Virus record (IMG/VR): IMGVR_UViG_3300010371_000030
Coordinates: 32,001-96,000 of that record
Length of the DNA: 64,000 bases
Strand: one strand, 5' to 3'
DNA from: a virus
Position numbers and translations under genes: made by a program. The notes below the pieces were generated by a model. The model searched no databases. It had not been told where the DNA came from and saw only the letters and a list, made by a program, of their open reading frames with translations. This document shows positions 8,891-17,861 of the stretch, piece after piece. Position 1 is the stretch's first letter; every line of letters begins with the position of its first letter.

Positions 8891-11335
8891 TCAGTCTCCC
8901 GGATTGATGTCGATGAAGTCGGTCGTCATCGGGTTGAGGAACATCTCCACCTCGGACAGCTCCATCGTTCCGCCCGAGTAGTGGCCAACGGCCATCGTGC
9001 CGTGGTCCAGAGTCGAATCTGTAGCCGAGATCACCAAGTCTGCCTCCCAAAACACCTGTAGGTTGTTCTGTACGCTTCCCGGAAGCGTCGGCGTGACCGT
9101 GATTCGGAAGGTATAGAAGATGTTGGCAACCAACAACTCCGTGCCATGTACGTTGTGCGGCGGTCCGGGATAGTACGTCCCCAACGTCGTGGCGACGCCG
9201 GCCGACAGCGCCTTGAGCGTGATGCTATTGTTGGCGATGTCGATCTCCATCCGATAGGCGTCTGCTCCGCCAGGCACATCCGAGCGGTACACGTCCATGT
9301 AGTACACGCCTGTGCCTCGGATTCGGAACGTGGCCGTGAGATCAGACCAGTCGTCGGAGATGTTCACACCGTTGTTCGTGTACGTCTCGGTGTCCTCGTC
9401 AATCACCGTGTCGAGCAGGTGAAGCATCTGCCCGGACACCGTCGAGGTGCCCGATTGATCGTGCCACTGCGTCTTAATGTTGTCAGTCGGGAACAGGTCG
9501 CTGAACGTGACGTAATCCACCTCCACGCGCTCGCCGCACGGCCGCGTGAGCTTGAGGATGTGACGGATCATGTCATAGTCCAGCGTGCCGTTGTCGACGA
9601 TACGAACGGCATACGTCTGCGAGTCCGGACCTTCCCCGGGACTAGAGAGCAGCCACGGGTCGATTCCCAGATGGTCCTCGCCAAGCGCCGTCTCGCCCAG
9701 GATCCACCGATACCAGAACCAGTTGAGCACCCGAACCTGGGTGCCCGTGATCATACGCAGGATGTCCTCGATGATGTCTTCCACGCCGCGCTGCTTCCAG
9801 AAGGTCACGGACACGCTGATCAGACGGCGAAGCGAGTCCGGATCCAGCTTGGAAGTGATCGGGTTGTATCTGTCAGTCCATCCAACGATGTTCTTGACGT
9901 ATACCAGCAGTTGATCGGGCACGGCGTCCAGATTCCAGATGTTCGGGATCTCCAACGCCAGCTGCGTAGTCTGCTCCCACATCTGCTGCGGACCGCCGAA
10001 CAAACGCTGAATGAACTGCCCTCCATTCGCTTGATCCTCGTCACGGATGCTCTGAAGGATGAAGCGATACATGTCCAGAACTTGCGCCGGAGCCGGGAGC
10101 GGCGACGCCGTGAATCCGAGCATGGCCACCATATACGGCTGTGCGAGCAAGTTGCCCACCAGATCACGGATCGTCGCGCCGTTGATCGTCAGCTGATACA
10201 GCTCGCCCTCGGTCTGGTCGGACGTTGAGAGGATGATCGTGTCCGACTCCACTTGCATGATCTTGGTGGTCGTCAGTCCGTTGTCCCACGTGAAGTTGGA
10301 CACGTCCAGGGACAACAGCTTGGAGTCGGTCGCGATGGGCTCGCTGAAGTAGATGGAGACCGTGTTCGCATCGGTCGCGATGACCATCTTGACGAACGGC
10401 TTGACCCCCACGCCATAGAACGCGGCCGCATCCTTTGACACCGGGTTGCCAAAGGAAGTGATCAGGGAGCCCGAGGATGAACCGTACCCAAAGACGGGCT
10501 GCGCAATCACCTCCGTCCACCAGCCCTCGGCCGTCCCGGCAGGGTCGTACACGATGAACTCGAACCACCCCGGACCTTCGGGCAGGTAGAACAACGCCGT
10601 GTTGCCGTTGCTAGGCAATACATCGTTCCAAGTCCCGGGAGCAGGGGGCGAGCTATCCTGCCAGATGACTACGGGCGGACCGCCTACCGGCCTGTACTGG
10701 ACGATGAAGTTGGGCGCGAACGCGTTCTGGTACTTGGCCTGGATTTGATAGCACTGCCCGTATCCGGCATTGTACTGCTGGAAGATGCCGCCCTGTTTGC
10801 CCGATACAGTCGTCTGTGCCTGGATGTAGTTGAACGTCCCATCGAAGCCGGTCAGGAGCGTGGCGAAGCCCGCAATGGACCAGTACGTGCCAATCGTGCC
10901 CACCTGGGACATGTCGCTGTCCAGGAACGCGTCGGCGCCGATGAGAAGCTGCTCGCTGTTCACCGTGAGCAGATACGCCGCGCTGTCGAGCATCGGAGAC
11001 ACGATCACGATCACGTACTTGGTCGTGGTGCCAGCCGAGGAAGGAACCTCCACGGCCAGCACGGCAGGCGTCGACAACTCCGCATCGTTGAACCCGTACA
11101 TGTTCCAGTTGTCCGGGTTGACGAGCGCCGCATTGTTATCGACGGGCGCAGTGAAGTCGACGCGAATGCGCGTGTTCGACGTGGGCTTGGCTCGCTTGAT
11201 CCGAGTGATCTTCTGTAGATCGCCCGTCATCGTCAGCGACAGCGCCATCGTCTCGGACGATGACATATGTTCGGTGCCTTCGCCGAACAGCTTCAGCTTG
11301 AGCGCGACGGTCGCCGATGACGAGATGAAGGCCAT
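8891..11335 (-). CDS. Baseplate wedge / tail protein I-like with Ig-like N-terminal domains
   Basis: LDAVPDQLLVY...VGW...RRLISVSVTFWKQRG resembles P2 gpI-type tail proteins; Ig-like strands (IRVDFTAPV, VSIYFSEPI). Confidence 0.7.
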   Translation of the reverse strand: MAFISSSATVALKLKLFGEGTEHMSSSETMALSLTMTGDLQKITRIKRAKPTSNTRIRVDFTAPVDNNAALVNPDNWNMYGFNDAELSTPAVLAVEVPSSAGTTTKYVIVIVSPMLDSAAYLLTVNSEQLLIGADAFLDSDMSQVGTIGTYWSIAGFATLLTGFDGTFNYIQAQTTVSGKQGGIFQQYNAGYGQCYQIQAKYQNAFAPNFIVQYRPVGGPPVVIWQDSSPPAPGTWNDVLPSNGNTALFYLPEGPGWFEFIVYDPAGTAEGWWTEVIAQPVFGYGSSSGSLITSFGNPVSKDAAAFYGVGVKPFVKMVIATDANTVSIYFSEPIATDSKLLSLDVSNFTWDNGLTTTKIMQVESDTIILSTSDQTEGELYQLTINGATIRDLVGNLLAQPYMVAMLGFTASPLPAPAQVLDMYRFILQSIRDEDQANGGQFIQRLFGGPQQMWEQTTQLALEIPNIWNLDAVPDQLLVYVKNIVGWTDRYNPITSKLDPDSLRRLISVSVTFWKQRGVEDIIEDILRMITGTQVRVLNWFWYRWILGETALGEDHLGIDPWLLSSPGEGPDSQTYAVRIVDNGTLDYDMIRHILKLTRPCGERVEVDYVTFSDLFPTDNIKTQWHDQSGTSTVSGQMLHLLDTVIDEDTETYTNNGVNISDDWSDLTATFRIRGTGVYYMDVYRSDVPGGADAYRMEIDIANNSITLKALSAGVATTLGTYYPGPPHNVHGTELLVANIFYTFRITVTPTLPGSVQNNLQVFWEADLVISATDSTLDHGTMAVGHYSGGTMELSEVEMFLNPMTTDFIDINPGD

Positions 11336-11348
11336 GTCAGACTCGCGA

Positions 11349-11765
11349 TCAGATGGTGATGGTCAGCGGAGTGACGCCGGCCTGGAACCTGTACACGTCC
11401 GTATCCAGCACGGTCCGAGGATTGGCCAGCGGGTCGGCCGTCAGCAGGTTGCCACCCGATGGCGCATCGAAGATGCCCACCCAGGTAATCAGCCCCCACG
11501 GACCGCCCGAGGCGGCAGGGAACACGATGTCAGCCGCGTGAGACTTGGCTCGCCCGGCTGCGGCGGGCCAATGCCCTGCATCGTTCGTCACGGCCACACG
11601 CGCGTAGTTGTTCCCGGACGGCTCGACAACGCCTGTGCCATCGCTGTTGGGAGCGGCGGTCATGAGACCCACGTACACGGTCGCCGGGAAGATGCTCGTG
11701 GAGCCGAGGAGCGAGTCCAGCACCTCGTTTGCGTACAGATCGATCAGCCCATTCGCAATAGCCAT
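11349..11765 (-). CDS. Small tail/fibre-associated structural protein
   Basis: VYVGLMTAAP, NYARVAV and WGLITWVGIFDAPSGGNLL, a pattern common in phage tail proteins. Confidence 0.7.
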   Translation of the reverse strand: MAIANGLIDLYANEVLDSLLGSTSIFPATVYVGLMTAAPNSDGTGVVEPSGNNYARVAVTNDAGHWPAAAGRAKSHAADIVFPAASGGPWGLITWVGIFDAPSGGNLLTADPLANPRTVLDTDVYRFQAGVTPLTITI

Positions 11766-11772
11766 GACGCGC

Positions 11773-13941
11773 TCAGCTGTGGATGGTGATGGTGAAGTTT
11801 CCCGCCGTCGGAAGCTGGCGCGAAGTCAGGGTGATATCTGCCCATCCGTTCAGAACCACCTTGGTAATCGTCGGATCCACGGAGTGGATCTGGAAGTCGA
11901 TGAAGCTGAGAGCAATCACGCCCCCGAAAGACCACAGGAACGTCACGCCGTCCGGCCCCAGCGCTTCCGGTTGGAGGACCGCCGCCAACTGGTTGATGAT
12001 CATCTGGCTGGTCACCTCCACAGGCGCCCAGACGTCGGCATTGATGTTCACGGCCAACGGGCTGTAGTTGGTCGCGACCACCTGCTGATTCGCGACAAGG
12101 CGCTTGCGGACCGGCGGCACCACGGTCTTGTCGCCATTGAAGTAGGTGGACAGGTTTCCGAGCTGAAGTGCCGTCGCGAGCCCTCCGCCCTTCGCCACAC
12201 AGATGAGCTCAACCGTCTTGGGTCCGAATCCCTCTTCCACCGAGAAAGCGCGGCTGAACGGACTAGCGCCGGTGGAGTCGACGTAGTTGAGCGTCATGTC
12301 CGCGAGGTCATCCGGACCCAGCGCCACGTCACGATCACGGAGCGACGCGGGCCCTTCCTGCTTCGCTTGGGCGAGGCTCGCCGCGCTAGCGCTCTGCGCT
12401 TCTGCCCACCCGCTGGCCACGCGCGGATTCCAGAACTTGTTGATGAACGTCATTCCGGTCTTGTCGACCGAGATGGCCAGCGCGCCGACGTTTCCGTTGT
12501 CGTCGGCGCCATAGCGATAGTTGACCTGGATATTGCCCTGCCCGATGTCCGGGATGGCGCCGTTTTTGCCATCTCCGAACACGAACTGCGCCACGTTATC
12601 CGGTCCGAGCTGGACGCGGTACACCAGGTCTGCTCCGGCCGACGTCAGTAGCTGTAGAACATTCGTCCACGGTACGGCGTCGACCGTCAGCGCGTCGCTA
12701 TTGAGGATGAAGCCAGTCTGCGATGACGTAAACATCTGTCCGGGCGCACCCGTGGAGCTGCCCAACGTCTCGCCCAGCACCGACTTGCCCTGTACCACCT
12801 GCCCAATGACGTACTGCTTGCCTTGGTCGATGCGGATACGGCCGAACGTTCGGCCAGGCGTGGGCGAGCCCGAGACCGACACGACGCGAATGCGAAGCCA
12901 GAACGCCTTGATACCATTCACCGTGAATGGATTCCAGTCGTGCGTCAGGTCCTGAGGGAGCGTGTACCCCCACTGCGTCTCGGACTGCGAGACGGTGAAC
13001 GGCAACTCGCGCCAATCGGTCCCAATACCATAGTCAGATACATTGGTCGACGGCACCGACTGCCCGAGGAGTCCCGTGGTGACGATGTTGGTAGTGCCGT
13101 TCCAAGTGCTGACCACATCCTGATACGACGCGTTGGTCTGGAGCTGAACACGCACAGTCGCGCCGGCTCGGTTGTTCGGACCGAGGAGCGACGTGACATC
13201 GAACTGGAGCTGGCCACCGCCGATGTTGGTAACGGAAGTGGGCTGCGCGTTCTGGAAGTCTCCATCGTAATACTCCAGGATCTCAATGGAGACAGCAGGT
13301 CCTGTAGTAACGCTGCCCGTTCCGGCCACGAGATTGACCTGGTCCCACATGACCGTGCTATGGCCGATGTAGAGCATGTCGCCAGCCTTCTCGGTGCCAA
13401 TCCAGTTCCAGTTGGCACCGCCGATGGCGTTGGCGTTCGTAGTATTGTCTGTATACGTGAGCGCCGTTCCATCGAACGTGAGCACGCTCGTAAGCTGATC
13501 GGAACGGTCGATGGTGATGCCGGCCAAGCACTCGTATGGAACGGCCGGAGTGGTGCCCGACTGCTGCGTGGCGACTTGAGCGAGCTGCGGCACGACGGTC
13601 GTGGAAGTGTTGAACGGACGCGTGAGCTGGAACACGACGTCGGCCTGCGCCGGTGTCGCCGGGCGCATCTCGTAACCGATCAGCCGCAGCATGTTGCGGA
13701 TGGTCTCGGGCAGCTGCGCGGTCGGCAGCGTGCACTCGTTGGCGATCATGTCGATCAGCGTGTTGTTCAGATGCCCGACGAGTGCGGCCGCGCGCAGGAA
13801 CTGGATGAAGGGTTCAAAGTCGGATTCGTCGGTCAGCTCCGGCAGGTTCTCCCTCTTGTAGAGGATGAGCGCCTCCAGAATCTCACCATAGTAGAACACC
13901 GACCAGTTGAACGACGGGACCTTGATCACATTGGCAGCCAT
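11773..13941 (-). CDS. Baseplate J-like wedge protein
   Basis: ELTDESDFEP, ECTLPTAQ...LIGYEMRPATPA, FGDGKNGAIP, VNYRYG; follows the gp25-like gene. Confidence 0.88.
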   Translation of the reverse strand: MAANVIKVPSFNWSVFYYGEILEALILYKRENLPELTDESDFEPFIQFLRAAALVGHLNNTLIDMIANECTLPTAQLPETIRNMLRLIGYEMRPATPAQADVVFQLTRPFNTSTTVVPQLAQVATQQSGTTPAVPYECLAGITIDRSDQLTSVLTFDGTALTYTDNTTNANAIGGANWNWIGTEKAGDMLYIGHSTVMWDQVNLVAGTGSVTTGPAVSIEILEYYDGDFQNAQPTSVTNIGGGQLQFDVTSLLGPNNRAGATVRVQLQTNASYQDVVSTWNGTTNIVTTGLLGQSVPSTNVSDYGIGTDWRELPFTVSQSETQWGYTLPQDLTHDWNPFTVNGIKAFWLRIRVVSVSGSPTPGRTFGRIRIDQGKQYVIGQVVQGKSVLGETLGSSTGAPGQMFTSSQTGFILNSDALTVDAVPWTNVLQLLTSAGADLVYRVQLGPDNVAQFVFGDGKNGAIPDIGQGNIQVNYRYGADDNGNVGALAISVDKTGMTFINKFWNPRVASGWAEAQSASAASLAQAKQEGPASLRDRDVALGPDDLADMTLNYVDSTGASPFSRAFSVEEGFGPKTVELICVAKGGGLATALQLGNLSTYFNGDKTVVPPVRKRLVANQQVVATNYSPLAVNINADVWAPVEVTSQMIINQLAAVLQPEALGPDGVTFLWSFGGVIALSFIDFQIHSVDPTITKVVLNGWADITLTSRQLPTAGNFTITIHS

Positions 13942-13942
13942 G

Positions 13943-14347
13943 TCACACCGTCCCAGTCGTCGTCGTGGTCGAGATGGTTTGTGGGAAGCTCATCTCAAAG
14001 TCCCGTTCGTTATCAGACTCCATGTTCCAGTACACGAACGAAAGCACCAGTTCGCCCGCGGTAGTCGTCGCCCAGTTCACGGAGCCTTGGACGAGCTTGT
14101 ATCGCTTCTGCGCCTCAAAGCTCTGGAAGATGGTCACCAGCCTCGACATGATCCTGGACTTCGACACGGTGTCTGAGATGGTGAAGATTGGAGTCAATCC
14201 CAAGCCTGGATTCTGCTGGAAGGCGTTGTCGTTACTATCGTCCAGCATGGCCGTGCGAATGATCTTCCGGTCGTTGTCATCGCCAGAAACCATCGCGGCC
14301 CCGCCACCGGGACCGACGCCAACAGGGATTGCCAATCCAGTCGCCAT
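13943..14347 (-). CDS. GPW/gp25-like baseplate protein
   Basis: 134 aa, NPGLGL..IF and FEAQKR motifs; position between spike and J. Confidence 0.7.
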   Translation of the reverse strand: MATGLAIPVGVGPGGGAAMVSGDDNDRKIIRTAMLDDSNDNAFQQNPGLGLTPIFTISDTVSKSRIMSRLVTIFQSFEAQKRYKLVQGSVNWATTTAGELVLSFVYWNMESDNERDFEMSFPQTISTTTTTGTV

Positions 14348-14350
14348 GTA

Positions 14351-14767
14351 TCACCGAGGCAGGCCAGGGTTGGAGCCGCCCGAGCCGGGGATGGAGCCCA
14401 TGGACGAGCGATGCGGGCCGGTCGCCTCCACGTCAGAGCAGCGGCACATATCCAGGCCACGAGGCTTCTCGTCCTGCTCGCCGAACCATCCGCCGCACTC
14501 CTCGCACAGGAGCACTTGCGGCGCGAGCCGTCGGAGCGCGCGACGGATACGAACCAGCTGGCCAGGGATGGTATCCACCACAGTATTGGTTTCTTGGTGG
14601 ATACGCATCGCGTCCTGTAGGATGGGCAGAAGCTGTCTTGTGATGGAAGCCTGCTCTTCCAGAGTCTGTACGTGCTTGTTCGTGATGACCTTGATCGCCC
14701 ACACGATGGCAGCGGCGACGGTCATGATCGCACTGGCGGCGGCGGCATCGGGGAATGTAATCGTCAT
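14351..14767 (-). CDS. Membrane protein with one N-terminal TM helix (possible holin)
   Basis: AAASAIMTVAAAIVWAIKVI hydrophobic helix, then a coiled segment and CEEC/CRC. Confidence 0.45.
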   Translation of the reverse strand: MTITFPDAAAASAIMTVAAAIVWAIKVITNKHVQTLEEQASITRQLLPILQDAMRIHQETNTVVDTIPGQLVRIRRALRRLAPQVLLCEECGGWFGEQDEKPRGLDMCRCSDVEATGPHRSSMGSIPGSGGSNPGLPR

Positions 14768-14788
14768 GGTGCTTCCTATCCTACGATG

Positions 14789-15688
14789 TCACCCGCATTT
14801 CACCACGGTCGACTCCAGCCCGGAAGGCGGAGTGATTGGCGGCCCCGTAGGCGAGCCCGGACCCGAGGTGGAGTGGGTATGGTTGGTGAGGTAATTGGTG
14901 ATCTCATCGCCAAGTCCTACGCCGTGCGCGTTGCCTCCCAGGTCCACCTCGTCGGCATTCACGACGCATTTGGCGCCGCTGGCGACGTTGACCGTGACTC
15001 CGCTGCTATCCAGCGTGACGGTGTTTCCGTTCTTGTCGGTAACGGTGATGCCGTTCTCATCGAGCTTGATGGAGTTTTGGTTCTGATCGGTGACCGTGAT
15101 AGCAGGCGTGCTATCCATCACGATGCTGTTCTGGTTTTCGTCGGACACCGTCAGCTGCTTTTGATCGGCATCCATGGTGACTGTCGCCCCGTTCTTGTTC
15201 GTGAGCGACACGGAACCATTCTGGTCCACCTGAAGGCTCGCCTGGTCGCCGCCTTTGTTCTGCCACTGAACGGTGAGCGCCTCTTGCCCCTCGGTGTCAT
15301 CGAACCAAATGATATGGCCTACGGGCGTGGCGAAGCCACGTCGCTTGCCGTAGTTGGTCAGGAACGGCGACGGAACAGGGGTTGGCGTGTCGCCGTCGGT
15401 ATTGCCCCATAGACGCGTACCGCGCCACCGAAGGTTCATGCTCACGATGGAGACGGTGCCGGGCTGCTCGTCGTCGCTCGCCCCGGTCACGGCGACAATC
15501 TCCACCAGCTCGCCCACATCCGGTACCACAAACCATCCCCACGGAAGGTACGGCTTGATCCATTGGGGCAGGTCCTGGTCCTCGCCATCGAGTAGCGCCT
15601 GGCACGCTACCCTGATCTGCCCGAGCTGATCAGGGTCCTCATTGGCAGTAACGACGGCCAGATGGCACTCTTCAACAACTACAGACAT
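14789..15688 (-). CDS. Baseplate central spike (gpV/gp5/Vgr OB-fold)
   Basis: NEDPDQLGQIRV, WFVVPDVGELV, beta repeats (ITVTDKNGNTVTLD) and a C-terminal HTH (His-x-His) metal motif. Confidence 0.9.
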   Translation of the reverse strand: MSVVVEECHLAVVTANEDPDQLGQIRVACQALLDGEDQDLPQWIKPYLPWGWFVVPDVGELVEIVAVTGASDDEQPGTVSIVSMNLRWRGTRLWGNTDGDTPTPVPSPFLTNYGKRRGFATPVGHIIWFDDTEGQEALTVQWQNKGGDQASLQVDQNGSVSLTNKNGATVTMDADQKQLTVSDENQNSIVMDSTPAITVTDQNQNSIKLDENGITVTDKNGNTVTLDSSGVTVNVASGAKCVVNADEVDLGGNAHGVGLGDEITNYLTNHTHSTSGPGSPTGPPITPPSGLESTVVKCG

Positions 15689-15690
15689 GG

Positions 15691-17028
15691 CTAGCTGGTC
15701 TCCCCAAACACGCTGTTCGCAGGCGATTGAACCTGAGTCGCCGACACATCCGGGAGCGAGGGGACCACACGCCGTGCGCTGAAGTCCAGCTCATATCCGC
15801 TCCCTGGATTCATGATGTGGCGAACGCGGGTGAAGTAGTACGACCCATCGAACAAGGTTCCAAGGCCGTGCAGATTGTGAGTCTGGCGCGCCATGATATC
15901 CTCGATGCCGATGATTCGCCCGTTGCCGATGATGAACAGCTCCCGATAGCGCCTGAACCAGTTGTTCGCCCAGAGGGCGAGCGCTTGCGGGCTGTCGAAA
16001 AAGCGGTTGGTCTTGACCTCAAAGCTGTACTCTTCCAAGAACAGCTTGACGGTTGAGCCGGAGCCGGCCGCCGTGAGAATCTCGTTGCCTTGTGGCACGA
16101 GGGTGGCAGGCGCCGACTTGTTCGCAGACGGATTGGGAGTCGTCGGATCCACGAACACGTCGGGGGAATCGTCGTTTTCCTCTTCCAAGACGGCCGTGAT
16201 CAGCTTTCCAGTCTTCCAGTCCTTGGTCTCAGCCTTCATCTTGGTGACGGCGTGCTGGATGGCCAGCTCGGCGTCGAAGGACATGAGCGTGCTGTAGTCC
16301 TGCTGGTTGTACTCGAATGTATACACCTTGTCTTGGACGTCGGACTGCTGGAGCTTGTCTGGGTCCTTGAAATGGAGCGTCCAGTTGCCTTGGTCGTCGC
16401 CGTCTACCCAGAACAGGAAGCCACACAGATTGGCGAGCCCGCGCACAAAGTCATAGTCCTTCATGTGCGCCTTCTGGATGAAGTCGCTGGGCGGGTCTGG
16501 CGTCTGGTCGATGTCGAGGATGAAGCCATAGTCGGCTGCGCGAGCAGACACAGCGTCGCTGTACGTGAACTGCTTGAACCGACGTCCAGCCTTGGACTTG
16601 ACCACCTTGAGCTTTGGATTCTTCTTTCCGACCACCTTCTGGTCCTTCAGATTCTCCGGCGCGGTATCGGACATCATCGAGTCCTTGGTGTACGCGATGA
16701 CTTCCATCGACGGAAGCGCGTTGGCCGGGAAGCTGGGCCGGATGCGGCGGATGATCGCCCGTCCGATGTGGTTCAGCATCGGTCCGTAACCCAGCCAGAG
16801 GTCCAGCTCGTTGCCAGGTACGAACAACTTGCTGTCCCGGACAAGGAGCCGGCCAGTGCTGTCCGTCTGCGGGTCAGAAACTGTCAGCTTGAGCTGATCG
16901 TGCATTCCATCTGCGGATTCGTACTCCAGCGACTGAATACACGCCCTGATACCGTCTGCGATTCGGTTGCCGTTGACAGCCAAATCGAAGTTGGGGGCAT
17001 TGACTCCGAGGTCAGAAGGGCCCGGCAT
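15691..17028 (-). CDS. Baseplate hub / late control D-like protein
   Basis: DQLKLTVSDP, LWLGYG, QKAHMKDYDFVRGLA, GLGTLFDGSYYFTRVRH. Confidence 0.85.
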   Translation of the reverse strand: MPGPSDLGVNAPNFDLAVNGNRIADGIRACIQSLEYESADGMHDQLKLTVSDPQTDSTGRLLVRDSKLFVPGNELDLWLGYGPMLNHIGRAIIRRIRPSFPANALPSMEVIAYTKDSMMSDTAPENLKDQKVVGKKNPKLKVVKSKAGRRFKQFTYSDAVSARAADYGFILDIDQTPDPPSDFIQKAHMKDYDFVRGLANLCGFLFWVDGDDQGNWTLHFKDPDKLQQSDVQDKVYTFEYNQQDYSTLMSFDAELAIQHAVTKMKAETKDWKTGKLITAVLEEENDDSPDVFVDPTTPNPSANKSAPATLVPQGNEILTAAGSGSTVKLFLEEYSFEVKTNRFFDSPQALALWANNWFRRYRELFIIGNGRIIGIEDIMARQTHNLHGLGTLFDGSYYFTRVRHIMNPGSGYELDFSARRVVPSLPDVSATQVQSPANSVFGETS

Positions 17029-17031
17029 GGT

Positions 17032-17859
17032 TCACTCGCCGCTCCGAGGAGTGATGTTGACCACGAAGGATGTATATGGCGTGCTACGAAGCTTGAACCA
17101 GGCAATGCGATGGTCTCGCGTGTCGCTCTGCTTCCGGCCGAAGGCTCCCGCGAGCTGGATGGACTGCTGCTGTGGCACCGACGTTCGGATGCCCTCGATG
17201 GAGGGCAGCACGACGATGTCACCGGTACCAATCAGCGGCACGTTGATACTCCGCTGCCGGAGTACCACACCCAGCATTGGGTTGCCATACTCTTGCTGCG
17301 CGAGCAGCTCATAGTAGTCGCCCTCTTTCGCTCGGGCGTAGCGCGTGTCCGTGTTCTGCGTATCATCGACGCTGAACGGCACATACACGATCATGTTCAT
17401 CGTGAACGTGACGTGCCGGACGTCGCCCAGGAACGTTGGCTGGTTGTATTCGATGTCGGTGACGGACTCGATGATCACCTGCTTGGTCAGGCTGCTCGAC
17501 GTTCCAAGCATGAACAAGCACACGGGCGGCCGACGCACGATGCTATCGAGCTGGGACCAACTCACCAGCTTGTCGACCTTCGCGGCCGGGTCCGACGACG
17601 TGATGTCGCGCATGTAAAAGCGCGACTTGAGCGACAGCGTCTCTTCCTTGCCGTTCAGGAACTGGAGGATGGGATTCTGGCGATTGAGCGACGTAGTGCG
17701 CGAGATGTTGCTGCCAGTGTTCCGGGTGAAGCCGTCGTGCGGGAAGTCACCGATGAACACCTCGCCAGTTTCGGTGTTGGTGATCGTCCACGTCGCCGTC
17801 TTGAGCAACGCCTCCAGAACGGTTGCGCCGACGCCAATTGCTGCCGCTGCGACTCCCAT
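17032..17859 (-). CDS. Tail tube initiator (gpU-like) with C-terminal LysM/gpX-like domain
   Basis: PILQFLNGKEETLSL, RPPVCLF, then AKEGDYYELLAQQEYGNP...GDIVVLP; follows the tape measure gene. Confidence 0.75.
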   Translation of the reverse strand: MGVAAAAIGVGATVLEALLKTATWTITNTETGEVFIGDFPHDGFTRNTGSNISRTTSLNRQNPILQFLNGKEETLSLKSRFYMRDITSSDPAAKVDKLVSWSQLDSIVRRPPVCLFMLGTSSSLTKQVIIESVTDIEYNQPTFLGDVRHVTFTMNMIVYVPFSVDDTQNTDTRYARAKEGDYYELLAQQEYGNPMLGVVLRQRSINVPLIGTGDIVVLPSIEGIRTSVPQQQSIQLAGAFGRKQSDTRDHRIAWFKLRSTPYTSFVVNITPRSGE

Positions 17860-17861
17860 GG